DNA of 64,000 bases from a virus (IMGVR_UViG_3300017527_000160:1-64000); one strand, 5' to 3'. Counted from the first letter of the stretch, positions 8,399 to 18,951 are shown. Notes: generated by a model from the sequence alone, not told the origin. A program made the numbers and translations.

Positions 8399-11173
8399 AT
8401 GGAAATATATAACGCACTGGACTTAAAGTCTGGTAAAAAAACTAGAAGTAATAGGCTGTGGAATATATCACAACCTTTACAATTCCTACCTGTAGATGAG
8501 AAGGATGCCGATTGGGCTTCGTGGAATATGGATTGGCTTGAGTGGAACGGATTGAAACAACTCCGTAAGAACTCTCGAAAGCTAATGAAGAACTACAAGC
8601 TTGCTGCAGGTATTATTGATAAGCGTGATTATATCGCTGAGGATAACAACGAGATGAAAGATGTCGTTGCTCAATTAGCAGAAGATAGCGAGATGGAATC
8701 ACTGGAGCTGAAGTTCTATCCAATCATCCCTAACGTAGTCGATACACTGACTGCCGAGTTCGCTAAAAGAAACAAGAGAGTTACATTCCGTGCAGTAGAT
8801 GAATACACGCACAATGAGATCATAACTCGTAAGAGGGAGGAGATTGAAGATGTACTCGTGAAATGGGCTGAGTCAAAGCTTATGGAAGAGATGCTTGCAC
8901 AAGGGGCTGACCCAGAGGATCCAGAGATCCAGCAAATGATGCAAGAGAAAATGTCTCCTGAAAATTTAAAGACATTACCAGAGATCCAAGATTTCTATAG
9001 TAAGGACTATGAGGTTCTTGCGGAGAAGTGGGCTTCTAAGCAACACATCATCGATGAAGAACGTTTCAGAATGGATGAGCTTGAGGAAAGAGGTTTCCGT
9101 GATAAGCTTATTACTGATAGAGAGTTCTGGCATATGCATATGATGGAGGATGACTATGAGGTTGAGTTATGGAATCCTGTACTTACATTTTATCATAAGT
9201 CACCTGATGCACGATACATATCACAAGCTAACTATGTTGGTAAAGTTGAGATGATGACTGCGGCAGATGTTATTGACAAATACGGATGGAAGATGAACGA
9301 AGACCAACTACTTGGACTTCAACAAGCTTATCCTGTATCAGCTGCGGGTTACGCTATAGGTGGACAGCAGAATGATGGTTCTTACTATGATGCTACAAAG
9401 TCACATGAATGGAATACAAACTCACCTTCTTTACAGATGCGTCAGTACTTATCTGTGAACTCACAGAATGTACATAATAGTAATGATGTTGTCGAATGGG
9501 TATTAGGTGAGTCAGAAGACTATACAGATAACACTCAGATGTTGAGAGTTACTACAGCTTACTGGAAATCACAACGAAGAATCGGTCACTTGACTAAGGT
9601 TAGTGATGGTGGTAAGGTTACGAGTGAGATCATATCTGAAGAATATAAAATAACTGACAAGCCTGTATACAATACAAGCTTGATAAAGAATAAGACTGCA
9701 CAGAACTTATTGTTTGGGGAACACATTGAATGGGTTTGGATTAACCACTCTTGGGGTGGAATTAAAATCGGTCCTAACCAACCAACGTTCATAGGTATTG
9801 AAAACAATACTGGTGTAAATCCGATATACTTAGGTATCAATCAGAATCAAATGAAGCCGTTGAAGTTTCAGTTCAAAGGAGATAATACTCAATATGGTTC
9901 TAAACTTCCGGTAGAAGGGAGAATATTTTCAGACAGGAACACGAAGTCATCGTCATTGGTTGATTCAATGAAACCTTTCCAAATAGGATTCAACATTGTG
10001 AACAATCAGATCTCAGATATCCTTATCGATGAAATAGGTACTGTAGTGATGCTTGATCAAAACGCACTACCTAAGCACTCACTTGGTGAGGATTGGGGTA
10101 AAGGGAATCTTGCTAAAGCTTATGTAGCTATGAAGGATTTCAGCATGCTTCCTTTAGATGGTTCTATAACTAATACAGAAAGCCCATTGAATGGACAACA
10201 CTTCCAGCAGTTAGATCTATCACAGACACAACGTCTGATGTCTAGGATACAATTAGCACAGTTCTTTAAGCAACAAGCTTATGAACAGGTTGGTGTTAAT
10301 GCTCAAAGAATGGGACAACAGTTAGGAGCAAATACTACAGCCACAGAAGTGGAACAAACTCAAGTAGGTTCTCATGCACAAACGGAGATGCATTTCGTTG
10401 AACATTGTGATCACTTAATGCCTAGAGTACACCAAATGAGAACTGACCTGGCACAGTGGTATCATTCTACTAAACCTTCTATTCGTTTACAACACATGAC
10501 ATCTATGGATGAGCGTGTGAACTTTGAGATGAACGGGGAAGACTTATTACTAAAAGATATCAATTGTTACTGTACAACTAAAGCTAACCACAGGAAGATG
10601 TTAGAACAGATGCAACAATTGTCTGCGAATAACAATACTACTGGGGCATCTATATATGATCTCGGTAAGATCATGCAAGCTGATTCTATGGGAACTCTTA
10701 ACAGCGCACTTAAGTCTGTTGAGATGAAGAATGAAAAAGCTAAAGCAGATGAAAGAGCACAGGCACAACAAATGCAACAAGAAGCACTTGCCATGGCTGA
10801 GAAAGAGAAACAAATGCAAATCGATCACGATGCATCAGAAGCTGAGAAAGATAGACGTAAGGATATCCTTGTGGCTGAGATCAAGGCTAGTGGATTTGGT
10901 GCTATGCAAGATATGAATGAGAATAAGCAGTCTGACTTTGTGGATAACATGGAGAAGATAAAACGTACTGAATCATATCAGGATACAACTAACATCCAGA
11001 GAAGTAAGGTTGATCAGAACCGATCGCAACATGCCGATAAGATGGGCATAAAGCGTGAGGAGATGGCATTGAAAAGAGAGCAAAACGCAACTCAATTAGC
11101 TATTGCTAAGGAGAATAAGAATAAGTATGATGCTCCGAAAAACACTGGAACAAAAGATAAGAAAAAATCATAG
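8399..11173 (+). CDS. Portal protein
   Basis: 924 aa directly after TerL; YPIIPNVVD.L..E motif, GVNAQRMGQ/TATEVEQ region, coiled-coil C-terminus. Confidence 0.85.
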   Translation: MEIYNALDLKSGKKTRSNRLWNISQPLQFLPVDEKDADWASWNMDWLEWNGLKQLRKNSRKLMKNYKLAAGIIDKRDYIAEDNNEMKDVVAQLAEDSEMESLELKFYPIIPNVVDTLTAEFAKRNKRVTFRAVDEYTHNEIITRKREEIEDVLVKWAESKLMEEMLAQGADPEDPEIQQMMQEKMSPENLKTLPEIQDFYSKDYEVLAEKWASKQHIIDEERFRMDELEERGFRDKLITDREFWHMHMMEDDYEVELWNPVLTFYHKSPDARYISQANYVGKVEMMTAADVIDKYGWKMNEDQLLGLQQAYPVSAAGYAIGGQQNDGSYYDATKSHEWNTNSPSLQMRQYLSVNSQNVHNSNDVVEWVLGESEDYTDNTQMLRVTTAYWKSQRRIGHLTKVSDGGKVTSEIISEEYKITDKPVYNTSLIKNKTAQNLLFGEHIEWVWINHSWGGIKIGPNQPTFIGIENNTGVNPIYLGINQNQMKPLKFQFKGDNTQYGSKLPVEGRIFSDRNTKSSSLVDSMKPFQIGFNIVNNQISDILIDEIGTVVMLDQNALPKHSLGEDWGKGNLAKAYVAMKDFSMLPLDGSITNTESPLNGQHFQQLDLSQTQRLMSRIQLAQFFKQQAYEQVGVNAQRMGQQLGANTTATEVEQTQVGSHAQTEMHFVEHCDHLMPRVHQMRTDLAQWYHSTKPSIRLQHMTSMDERVNFEMNGEDLLLKDINCYCTTKANHRKMLEQMQQLSANNNTTGASIYDLGKIMQADSMGTLNSALKSVEMKNEKAKADERAQAQQMQQEALAMAEKEKQMQIDHDASEAEKDRRKDILVAEIKASGFGAMQDMNENKQSDFVDNMEKIKRTESYQDTTNIQRSKVDQNRSQHADKMGIKREEMALKREQNATQLAIAKENKNKYDAPKNTGTKDKKKS

Positions 11174-11213
11174 CCATATAATGGTAAAATCTTCACTTGG
11201 ATATGAAAAAATT

Positions 11214-11254
11214 CAAACTTATCATGTTTATTTTTAATAAGTTTGTTGTATATT
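11214..11254 (+). promoter_or_regulatory. Putative promoter of the scaffold/MCP operon with AAAC-N7-GTTT dyad
   Basis: CAAACTTATCATGTTTA at 11214-11230 and TATATT at 11249-11254. Confidence 0.5.
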
Positions 11255-11288
11255 AATATTAGTTAGTCAATAACAAAACCAACAATAA

Positions 11289-12644
11289 ATGAGTAAAGAA
11301 GCAACAACTAGTGTGCAGAGTGTCGATGTCGACATAGATGCATTATTAGGAACAGGTGCTGACAACGTGATGCTAGCAGGGGAACCTGCAGTAGCTCCTT
11401 CCGCAAAAGAAGGGGATGAAAAGAAAAGTCTTTTCTCACCGATGTCCACTGACACATCGTTCCTTGACAAAGCGCCTAAACCCGCTAACGAAACAAAAAC
11501 TCCAGAGGAGGAAGCAGCTGAAAAGCTTGCCGCAGAAGATGCTGAGAAAGAAAGATTAGCAGCTGAAGCACAAAAGACTCCCGAGGAATTAGCAGCTGAG
11601 AAAGAAGCAGCAGAGGCTTTGGCTTTAGAGCCAGACCCCTTAGATTTATCAGGTGGTGGAGATCCAGTGGTTCCGGAACCAGACGATAAGAACAAAGGTG
11701 GTAGACCTTCCGCTTTAGTAACAGCAGCTAAGAAAATGATTACTGATGGGATCCTTACTCCTTTTGTCAACGACAAGGGTGAAGATGAACCAATCGATAA
11801 TTATACTGCTGAAGATTTTCAGGAGCTTATATCAGCTAACATGAAGAATCAAGAGAGTAAATTAGTAGATGAATTGCCTAAGCAGTTTATAGACCAATTG
11901 CCTCCTGAGATGCAACAAGCTTACGAGTATGTTGCTAATGGTGGAACTGATATGAAAGGTATGTTCCAAGCACTCGCAGCTTCTAACGAAGTAAGAGATC
12001 TTGACATCACTCATGAGAATGGACAGAAGCAGGCTGTAAGAGCTTACTTAAACGCTACCAACTTTGGTACACCCGAAGAGATCGAAGATAGAATCTACGC
12101 TCTTGAAGATAGAGGTGACCTGGAGAAGGAAGCAGGAGTATTTAAACCGAAACTGGATGCTATGCAAGAGCAGATCGTTCAGAAGAGAGTTTCAGATCAA
12201 GCAGCTTCAGCTAAGCAAAGGCAGGAACAATCTCAACAGTATATTGAGAATGTATATAAAACGTTAGAAACAGGGAAGCTAAACGGTATAGACCTAGACA
12301 ACAAGACACAGAATATGTTATATGCTGGTCTGGTACAGTCTAACTATCCATCGATTAGCGGAAAGCAAACAAATATGTTGGGACATCTCCTAGAGAAGTA
12401 CCAGTGGGTAGAACCGAGACATGATTTGATAGCAGAAGCGTTATGGTTACTTCAAGACCCTGAAGGATACAGAGGGAGTCTAGGAGCCAATGCAGAGAAA
12501 GCTGCAACGGAAAAGACCATGAGAACACTGAAGACTGAACAAGCTTCTAAGAGTGCAGCTAATACTGCTCCCGAAGAAAGCTCATCACCTTCAAGAAAAA
12601 GACCGGGGGTCAGACGACCTTCAAAGAACTTCTTCGGAAGATAA
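11289..12644 (+). CDS. Acidic scaffold-like capsid assembly protein
   Basis: Between portal and MCP; acidic Ala/Glu low-complexity N-half, helical C-half, basic tail. Confidence 0.6.
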   Translation: MSKEATTSVQSVDVDIDALLGTGADNVMLAGEPAVAPSAKEGDEKKSLFSPMSTDTSFLDKAPKPANETKTPEEEAAEKLAAEDAEKERLAAEAQKTPEELAAEKEAAEALALEPDPLDLSGGGDPVVPEPDDKNKGGRPSALVTAAKKMITDGILTPFVNDKGEDEPIDNYTAEDFQELISANMKNQESKLVDELPKQFIDQLPPEMQQAYEYVANGGTDMKGMFQALAASNEVRDLDITHENGQKQAVRAYLNATNFGTPEEIEDRIYALEDRGDLEKEAGVFKPKLDAMQEQIVQKRVSDQAASAKQRQEQSQQYIENVYKTLETGKLNGIDLDNKTQNMLYAGLVQSNYPSISGKQTNMLGHLLEKYQWVEPRHDLIAEALWLLQDPEGYRGSLGANAEKAATEKTMRTLKTEQASKSAANTAPEESSSPSRKRPGVRRPSKNFFGR

Positions 12645-12691
12645 TAAAGTAGAAAACAAATAAATAAATAATAACTAAAACCCGTTACAAA

Positions 12692-14320
12692 ATGAGTACA
12701 CCAGTATTTAACAATGGCTTGTTTCTAAGAGATACCTCTTACAACGCAAGTTCACACGTTGATTCTTACCATTTAGCTAATATGCTAAAGGACTCTGAAC
12801 CTACGGACATGGGACCAGTGGATATCTGGGCTATGACGCAGAAGGTTGAGATGCCTCTTTATCAGATGTCTAACTTTGGAGGAAAGAACGTAATCGAAGT
12901 CGATAATATCCGTGGAGAGTGGAAATGGCAAACGCCTATTTCACAAGATCTTCCTTATATTATGGAAGATGTAGAACCATTGAACCTACAAAAAGGTATC
13001 GACGGAACTACTTTCAAAATCAAATTGAACAAGCGTGAGTTTGGTCATGGAGACATCATTACTTATGACAAGTATAATGGTGTTGAACTTATCGTATCTG
13101 CAGAAGATGATATCTTACCAATTGGTGATGGTTTTATCTACACAGTAGGTTTGATAAACAATGACTCTTACAAATTCTTAGACAGTAAGTTTTTGAAGTC
13201 AGGAACTAAATTCTTTAGAAAAGGTTCTGCAAGAGGTGAGTATGGAGAACGTTTCTCTGATATCTCTACTAAAAGTGGTTACAGAGAATTCTATAACTAC
13301 GTAGGTGGAGCTGAAGCTCACGTACATTATTCTATCTCTTCGAGAGCTGACATGGCTATCAAAGGTGGAATGAACGCAGATGGTACAGTACCAGTTACTG
13401 AGATCTGGAGAAATTTTGATAAATCTATGGATCCATCTGTATCTTCTATTGAAGGAATGGTTGAATCAATGGGTAAAGACTACGTTAAGAGAGCAATCGC
13501 TAACGGAGACTTATCAAGAAGTTTCTTAACTAGTTTAGAAGCTGCTCACTTGAGCAAGATCGCTACCGATATTGAGACTTACCTTATGTGGGGTCACGGT
13601 GGTAGAGTTCGTCAAGACGGACCAGATGACGTAAGGTTATCAGTAGGTCTTTGGAAACAATTGGATAACTCTTTCAAAAGAGTATACAACAAGTCTTCTT
13701 TCAACCTTGAGTTGTTTAGAGCTGAGTTGTATAACTTCTACGCAGGTAGAGTTGACTTCCAAGGTCCAGATCCACAAAGAAAAATCGTTATCCAAACAGG
13801 AATGGGTGGTATGCGAATGGTTAATGAAGCTATCAAACGTGAGGCTGCAGGTGAGAACTTGACAATCAACGCTGGCGAGAAGCAAGGTATTGGAGCAATC
13901 AAAGGACAAGGGATGAACCTTGGATTTGGATATGCTTACACTAGCTATGTGATCCCGTTCTTAGCGAACGTTGAGTTTGTAATTAACCCGGCATTTGATA
14001 ACGTTCACACGAACGATATTGAAAACCCAATCATTGATGGACATCCATTATCTTCTTACTCTTTCATTATCTTTGATATCACTGACAACACAAATGATAA
14101 CATCTATCAGTTGAAGTTGAAATGGGATTCTCAGTTGAAATGGTGGTACCAAAATGGTACAATGGATTATATGGGACGTTCTCAAGGATTCCAATCTTCT
14201 GGTCAGTTCAACGGATACAGAGTTTATATGACTCAATGTATGCCAGCGATCTGGGTGAAAGATCCAACTAAAGTATTGAAAATTGTTATGAGAAACCCGT
14301 TAACGGGAGGATCATTCTAA
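12692..14320 (+). CDS. Major capsid protein
   Basis: 542 aa; DIETYLMWG..G...GLWKQL and TGMGGM motifs of crAss-like MCPs; followed by a strong terminator. Confidence 0.85.
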   Translation: MSTPVFNNGLFLRDTSYNASSHVDSYHLANMLKDSEPTDMGPVDIWAMTQKVEMPLYQMSNFGGKNVIEVDNIRGEWKWQTPISQDLPYIMEDVEPLNLQKGIDGTTFKIKLNKREFGHGDIITYDKYNGVELIVSAEDDILPIGDGFIYTVGLINNDSYKFLDSKFLKSGTKFFRKGSARGEYGERFSDISTKSGYREFYNYVGGAEAHVHYSISSRADMAIKGGMNADGTVPVTEIWRNFDKSMDPSVSSIEGMVESMGKDYVKRAIANGDLSRSFLTSLEAAHLSKIATDIETYLMWGHGGRVRQDGPDDVRLSVGLWKQLDNSFKRVYNKSSFNLELFRAELYNFYAGRVDFQGPDPQRKIVIQTGMGGMRMVNEAIKREAAGENLTINAGEKQGIGAIKGQGMNLGFGYAYTSYVIPFLANVEFVINPAFDNVHTNDIENPIIDGHPLSSYSFIIFDITDNTNDNIYQLKLKWDSQLKWWYQNGTMDYMGRSQGFQSSGQFNGYRVYMTQCMPAIWVKDPTKVLKIVMRNPLTGGSF

Positions 14321-14340
14321 ATCATATCTTGTTAAGAATC

Positions 14341-14375
14341 GAAGGGGAGTTAGTTCATTCTCCCCTTCTTTTTTT
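14341..14375 (+). terminator. Intrinsic terminator after MCP
   Basis: GAAGGGGAG / CTCCCCTTC stem followed by a T run. Confidence 0.9.
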
Positions 14376-14422
14376 ATTATATTTACACTGTCAGTTAATT
14401 AACCAACTAAACCAATAAGAAA

Positions 14423-15577
14423 ATGTCAGGAAAGACAACAGCACCAAAAGAGGGTGACTCAGCAGAAGTACTGGGTTCTCCAAACGCAACAACAATAGAG
14501 CCTTCTGTACCGAAGACGCTTTCACAAGAGATCGTGAAGCCTAAAGCAGGTAAAGACGCAAAAGCAGATCCAGAAGCTTTTAAAAAAGTATTCTCAAACG
14601 TAGGAAAGATTAACGTGAGACCTTACATAGATCCTGATAAGGAGAACATGGGGTTAGAAGATTACGGTATGATTATCTTCCCAGGAACACATCATGAAGA
14701 ACAGTTAGCTGCTCTTGAAAGAAACGGTCAAGTGAGATACATCACTGGATTAGATGAGTACGCTCCTGAAGTACAGAATATCCTTGACCCTGAAATGAAG
14801 GCAGCAGTGATCTTTAACATACGTTCAGTCGTAGCTCACCTAGAGAAGATGTTGGCTACCAACGTTATCAAAGTTAACGACGAAGAATTCTGGGCTAAAG
14901 TAAAGTTACTGAGACCAGATAACCACGAGTTCTGGGGAAAAATCTCTATGAGATGTGGTAACGATCCAGTGACACTAGAGCCAGGTAAAGATCCTTATGA
15001 TCTACTTAAGTTTATGGCTATAGAGGCTGGTGGATTTGATTTGATCGGGAAATCCAAAGAAGATGCTGATGCTATGCCAGTTGCACCTAAGTTCTTTTTA
15101 GATAAAGAAGTGTATACTGTATCTAAACGTACAAACTTCAAGAAATTACGTAACAAGGCTATCGGAATGTTGGACGTTATGTCTAACAAGAATGCTAGTA
15201 AGTTACTATATGTTACTAAAGCTATCGATAGCAATAGTACATCATACAAAACACACACTCCTTCAGATATCCTTTATGATGTAATGGATGACTATATTAA
15301 CGGAGCGGGTGTTGAACCTAACAAGACCAAAGCTGCTGAACATTTCATTACTACAGCTAGCTTAGATATGGAGACACTTAAGTTAAAAGCTATTGTGAAA
15401 GATGCTTCTTTCTACAAAGTAATTAGCTTGAAACCTGATGGTATGTTATACCATACACATTCTCAAACTATGTTAGGTAGAAACGTATCAGATGTTGTAA
15501 CTTACTTAAAGAGTCCTCTGAATGAAGACATGTTAGTTAAACTGATGGGTGAGATAGAGAAATTTTGGAATAACTAA
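14423..15577 (+). CDS. Conserved crAss-like protein downstream of MCP, function unknown
   Basis: 384-aa ORF; C-terminal LGRNVSDVVTYLKSPLN; leader carries TGTCAGTTA..AACCAAC. Confidence 0.75.
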   Translation: MSGKTTAPKEGDSAEVLGSPNATTIEPSVPKTLSQEIVKPKAGKDAKADPEAFKKVFSNVGKINVRPYIDPDKENMGLEDYGMIIFPGTHHEEQLAALERNGQVRYITGLDEYAPEVQNILDPEMKAAVIFNIRSVVAHLEKMLATNVIKVNDEEFWAKVKLLRPDNHEFWGKISMRCGNDPVTLEPGKDPYDLLKFMAIEAGGFDLIGKSKEDADAMPVAPKFFLDKEVYTVSKRTNFKKLRNKAIGMLDVMSNKNASKLLYVTKAIDSNSTSYKTHTPSDILYDVMDDYINGAGVEPNKTKAAEHFITTASLDMETLKLKAIVKDASFYKVISLKPDGMLYHTHSQTMLGRNVSDVVTYLKSPLNEDMLVKLMGEIEKFWNN

Positions 15578-15588
15578 AACTAAATATT

Positions 15589-15816
15589 ATGGCTAAGAAG
15601 AATGCTAAAAAACCTGCAGCTAGTAAAAAAAAGAAACCTGCAGCAAAGAAAAAAGATAATCCTTTGGATGTAAACAAAGATGGTGTTGTTGACGCTAAGG
15701 ATGTTGCAGAAGTAACTGAGGCTGCTGCCAAAGAAGCTAAAGCTCCTGAAGTGGAGAAGAAGGATGCTGCTGCAGAAGCACTTGCTCGTAAGATCAGAAT
15801 GCGTAGAAGCAGATGA
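15589..15816 (+). CDS. Small Lys/Ala-rich protein with one EF-hand/dockerin-like loop
   Basis: AKKPAASKKKKPAAKKK followed by DVNKDGVVDAKD. Confidence 0.7.
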   Translation: MAKKNAKKPAASKKKKPAAKKKDNPLDVNKDGVVDAKDVAEVTEAAAKEAKAPEVEKKDAAAEALARKIRMRRSR

Positions 15817-15846
15817 TCCAACTACTATAAACATATATTTAAACAA

Positions 15847-15880
15847 AGGCTAGGAATAACATCCTAGCCTTGTTTGTTTT
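15847..15880 (+). terminator. Intrinsic terminator
   Basis: AGGCTAGGA / TCCTAGCCT stem followed by TGTTTGTTTT. Confidence 0.75.
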
Positions 15881-15906
15881 GATATGTCAGTGAGAATTGG
15901 TATATT
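15878..15906 (+). promoter_or_regulatory. Putative phage promoter TTTG-N19-TATATT
   Basis: TTTG at 15878-15881 and TATATT at 15901-15906. Confidence 0.6.
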
Positions 15907-15925
15907 ATATACATAAACCTATTGT

Positions 15926-16633
15926 ATGAATAACACTACTATACAGCTTAAAACGAAGCAGAGACTGAATAAGTTATCTAGTAGCGACTATGATAACTTA
16001 CAACCATGGATGATTGTTGAGGCTTTCAACAAAGGCATGGTGAACTGGTGTAGACGAAACCTACACGGACTGAACGTTAAGCAGACAGGTGATGAGCAAT
16101 CTAAACGTAGGATTGATGATTTACAAATACTGTTGAAAGAAGAACCAGTGACTTTGACTGAGAGAGATCTCTTTGTTGAAACTACTAATGAGCTTCCTGA
16201 TGATTACTTTGAATGGAAAAGAATCAGTGCGAGTGGTGGCAGCGAATGCTGTGCCGATCCACGCAGGATGGTGATCTACCTAGCGGAGGAAGGAAACGTT
16301 GATGAGTTGCTTAGAGATAAGAACAAGCAACCAAACTTTGAATGGGCGGAGACCTTCTGTACTCTTAAGAGTAACAGAGTGCGTATCTACACGAATAACG
16401 AATTTACATTAGACAATGCAATACTATCGTACTACAAACAACCTAGACGAATTGAGATCGTAGGTGTAGTAGATCCTTATACAACTATCGCATCGACTGT
16501 TGAGGTTGAGTGTGAGTTTAAGGATGACATCGTTGAGTTACTGATAGATGAGGCTGCTAAAGTTCTCGCAGGAGATATAGAGTCTATGAACCAAGTACAA
16601 ACAGCTACTGGACAAGTAGAAGGAAATAACTAA
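15926..16633 (+). CDS. Tail tubular/ring (head-tail adaptor) protein
   Basis: LPDDY, YYKQP and ELLIDEA motifs typical of P22 gp4-like ring proteins. Confidence 0.6.
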   Translation: MNNTTIQLKTKQRLNKLSSSDYDNLQPWMIVEAFNKGMVNWCRRNLHGLNVKQTGDEQSKRRIDDLQILLKEEPVTLTERDLFVETTNELPDDYFEWKRISASGGSECCADPRRMVIYLAEEGNVDELLRDKNKQPNFEWAETFCTLKSNRVRIYTNNEFTLDNAILSYYKQPRRIEIVGVVDPYTTIASTVEVECEFKDDIVELLIDEAAKVLAGDIESMNQVQTATGQVEGNN

Positions 16634-16637
16634 TATT

Positions 16638-16889
16638 ATGAGAAAGACAAGTAACAAAACAAACTCTGCTAAAGTGATGAAACACTTTAACGATAAGTTA
16701 GACGCAAAGCGTGTAGCCGCATATAAAACAGGTGGACCTGTTGAACAACCGGCACTTTCGGAAGAGACTAAAGCTGATATGCTAGCTTATGGTAAGCATA
16801 TGGCAGATGCTGAATCTGTGAATGCTAAACATGCTAAAAATAGCAAGAAGATCAGAAGAGGTAAGAGAAGTGTTAAGGCTAAGTTTTAA
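16638..16889 (+). CDS. Small basic protein with YKTGG motif
   Basis: 83-aa Lys/Arg-rich ORF. Confidence 0.6.
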   Translation: MRKTSNKTNSAKVMKHFNDKLDAKRVAAYKTGGPVEQPALSEETKADMLAYGKHMADAESVNAKHAKNSKKIRRGKRSVKAKF

Positions 16890-16906
16890 CTTTTTTCACA
16901 TAACTC

Positions 16907-16935
16907 TTTGTAGGATAACAAAAAAGAGTTATATT
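16907..16935 (+). promoter_or_regulatory. Putative phage promoter TTTG-N19-TATATT within an inverted repeat
   Basis: TTTG at 16907-16910 and TATATT at 16930-16935; TAACTCTTT / AAAGAGTTA dyad overlaps it. Confidence 0.55.
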
Positions 16936-16970
16936 ATAAGTATCTATTTATTAATTAAAACATAAAAATT

Positions 16971-18284
16971 ATGTGCGCTTATTTTAATCATGCTTACAAG
17001 AAAAGCTTCGTATCTACGAAAGGAGATCAAGCTGAAGTAGTTGCAACATCTTCTGGTCTTACTGGTGGTGTCTTAACTACTGTTGATGTTCATGTTAGCG
17101 AAATGAAGAATACTGCAGCTCCTTACGCTTTAGGTGTAGGTACTGTTGGTTTATTCAACGCTAAGACGAACTTGTCAGTGACTTCTGCGGAAATCGCTGT
17201 TTCATGTTGCCCGTTCTACCTTGCTGCGGCTTCTTTAAAACTTAAAGATAAACAAGGACCGTTTCATGGCGGATACCAAGAATCAAACAAATCTAAGGTA
17301 ATCAACCCTAAGTATGTTCGTAAGACTTACTTCGTTGATCCTAATGCTGCTGGAGCTGCTCACGTACAAGTTGGTGGGACAGATGACAACGTTGCTGGAA
17401 ACGCTGATTGTGAGAAGGAATTCTTATGCGGTGAGTCTTACTACTTAAGAGTAGAAGTTAAAGGAACGGCTGCTTTAAGATTTGCTAACCATAACTTATA
17501 CCAAACGCTTCAAGCAGATGGTGGATGTTGTGATGATCCGAGTGCGCCTGTACCTGTAACGTCTGACGTTATATACAGACAATGGGTTACTCAAATTGCT
17601 GAGAGTCCTTATTTAAAAGATTTCATCTTACCTATCTTGGTTGTTGATGGTGATTCTTTTGCATATGATGAGGCTTCTGCTGCAGCTGCTGGATTAGCGG
17701 TAGGAAAGATTTTAGCTAACGCACCTGTTGCTGCAGTTAATTCTGGAATGATCCTAATGGGAGCTTACGTAGACACTAAGTTTGGTGACTGTACATTCCA
17801 ATGTTCAGATTACTACGGTATAGAGCCTGTTCAAATTTTTGCTTCTGAAGTAGACTTAAACGGAGACCCATGTACCTTTGAAGGTTTATGTATAGTTGAA
17901 GATTGCCCTGGAATACAAGCTAATGGAACTGGAGAGCAAAAGGTAAGAGATGTGATTTTATCAGAATCTTACTTAACTAACTTCATGTCTAGTGACTTGA
18001 GAATCCGTGAGATTACTCAAGGGACTGCAGTATATGATGTGATTGATAGAACAGCAATGTATGCTTCTTTCTTCATCTTACACTCTGTGCCTCGTTTCAA
18101 CAACCCATCTGGGACGTTTGATAACGATCAGTACTTGCTTGAGATTATCGGTGATACCGCTATGACAGCTTATTTAGCTGCTGAGTTCACTGCTTTAGAA
18201 GCAGCTGGATGTATCTCTTGTGAATTACCTGAAGATTTATCTCAAGTAACACCTTGTGTTATACCTGCTTTACCAACAGTGTAA
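16971..18284 (+). CDS. Abundant virion structural protein (auxiliary capsid-like)
   Basis: Has its own promoter and terminator, MCP-like codon bias, and a beta-rich Cys-containing sequence. Confidence 0.55.
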   Translation: MCAYFNHAYKKSFVSTKGDQAEVVATSSGLTGGVLTTVDVHVSEMKNTAAPYALGVGTVGLFNAKTNLSVTSAEIAVSCCPFYLAAASLKLKDKQGPFHGGYQESNKSKVINPKYVRKTYFVDPNAAGAAHVQVGGTDDNVAGNADCEKEFLCGESYYLRVEVKGTAALRFANHNLYQTLQADGGCCDDPSAPVPVTSDVIYRQWVTQIAESPYLKDFILPILVVDGDSFAYDEASAAAAGLAVGKILANAPVAAVNSGMILMGAYVDTKFGDCTFQCSDYYGIEPVQIFASEVDLNGDPCTFEGLCIVEDCPGIQANGTGEQKVRDVILSESYLTNFMSSDLRIREITQGTAVYDVIDRTAMYASFFILHSVPRFNNPSGTFDNDQYLLEIIGDTAMTAYLAAEFTALEAAGCISCELPEDLSQVTPCVIPALPTV

Positions 18285-18308
18285 GTAGATAACATAAATC
18301 TAAATACT

Positions 18309-18348
18309 AAAGGAGAGTTGAGTGTATACTCTTCTCTCCTTTTTTTTT
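18309..18348 (+). terminator. Intrinsic terminator
   Basis: AAGGAGAG..GAGT GTAT ACTC..CTCTCCTT followed by a T run. Confidence 0.85.
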
Positions 18349-18366
18349 ATCTTTAAAGAAAAAACG

Positions 18367-18915
18367 ATGAGACATGTACTGAGCCTTGAAGCTCCCAAAA
18401 CTTTAAATTGTTCAATTTTAAGAGTGATTGACACCTCTGTGTATAGCCCGGATGTTCCCGTGGAATGCCCTATACTAAACGTAACTTTACCAGGGTTTAA
18501 CTCTTCGGTAGAGCTAGGTGAATCAGATATTGCTCCAGGATTCTCACTTGTACTTACAGCTTGTAACCTCGAAGTACAGACGACTGGATGTGGTACAACT
18601 TACAATAGTTTACCTGATGGAGTATACATCCTAAAGTATAGTGTCAGTCCTAATGATCAAGTGTATGTTGAGTATAACCATCTACGTACAACTAAACTAC
18701 GTATAAGATACCAGAAGATTCTATGTGAGCTAGATATAGCTAACTGTGAGCCTTCAGCTGCTGTAAAGAAGAAGATGGCTTTACTTAAAGATATTGACAT
18801 GTACATCCAAGCTGCTGAAGCAAAGGTTGAAACTTGCCTTGATCCAGCAAAAGGAATGCAACTTTATACTTATGCTAAAGATCTTTTAGCTAAATTTGAT
18901 TGCAAGACTTGTTAA
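18367..18915 (+). CDS. Virion (tail hub/collar-like) protein
   Basis: ATG 18367 (GTG 18322 lies inside the terminator); LPDGVY.LKYSV motif; C-terminal CKTC. Confidence 0.6.
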   Translation: MRHVLSLEAPKTLNCSILRVIDTSVYSPDVPVECPILNVTLPGFNSSVELGESDIAPGFSLVLTACNLEVQTTGCGTTYNSLPDGVYILKYSVSPNDQVYVEYNHLRTTKLRIRYQKILCELDIANCEPSAAVKKKMALLKDIDMYIQAAEAKVETCLDPAKGMQLYTYAKDLLAKFDCKTC

Positions 18916-18951
18916 CTGTCAGTTATTAACCAACTAACAAAAACCAAAATT

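Noticed and set aside
6194-14320. Introns or inteins in terminase, portal or MCP
   Set aside because: ORFs are continuous and of expected size; no intein splice or homing endonuclease motifs noticed.
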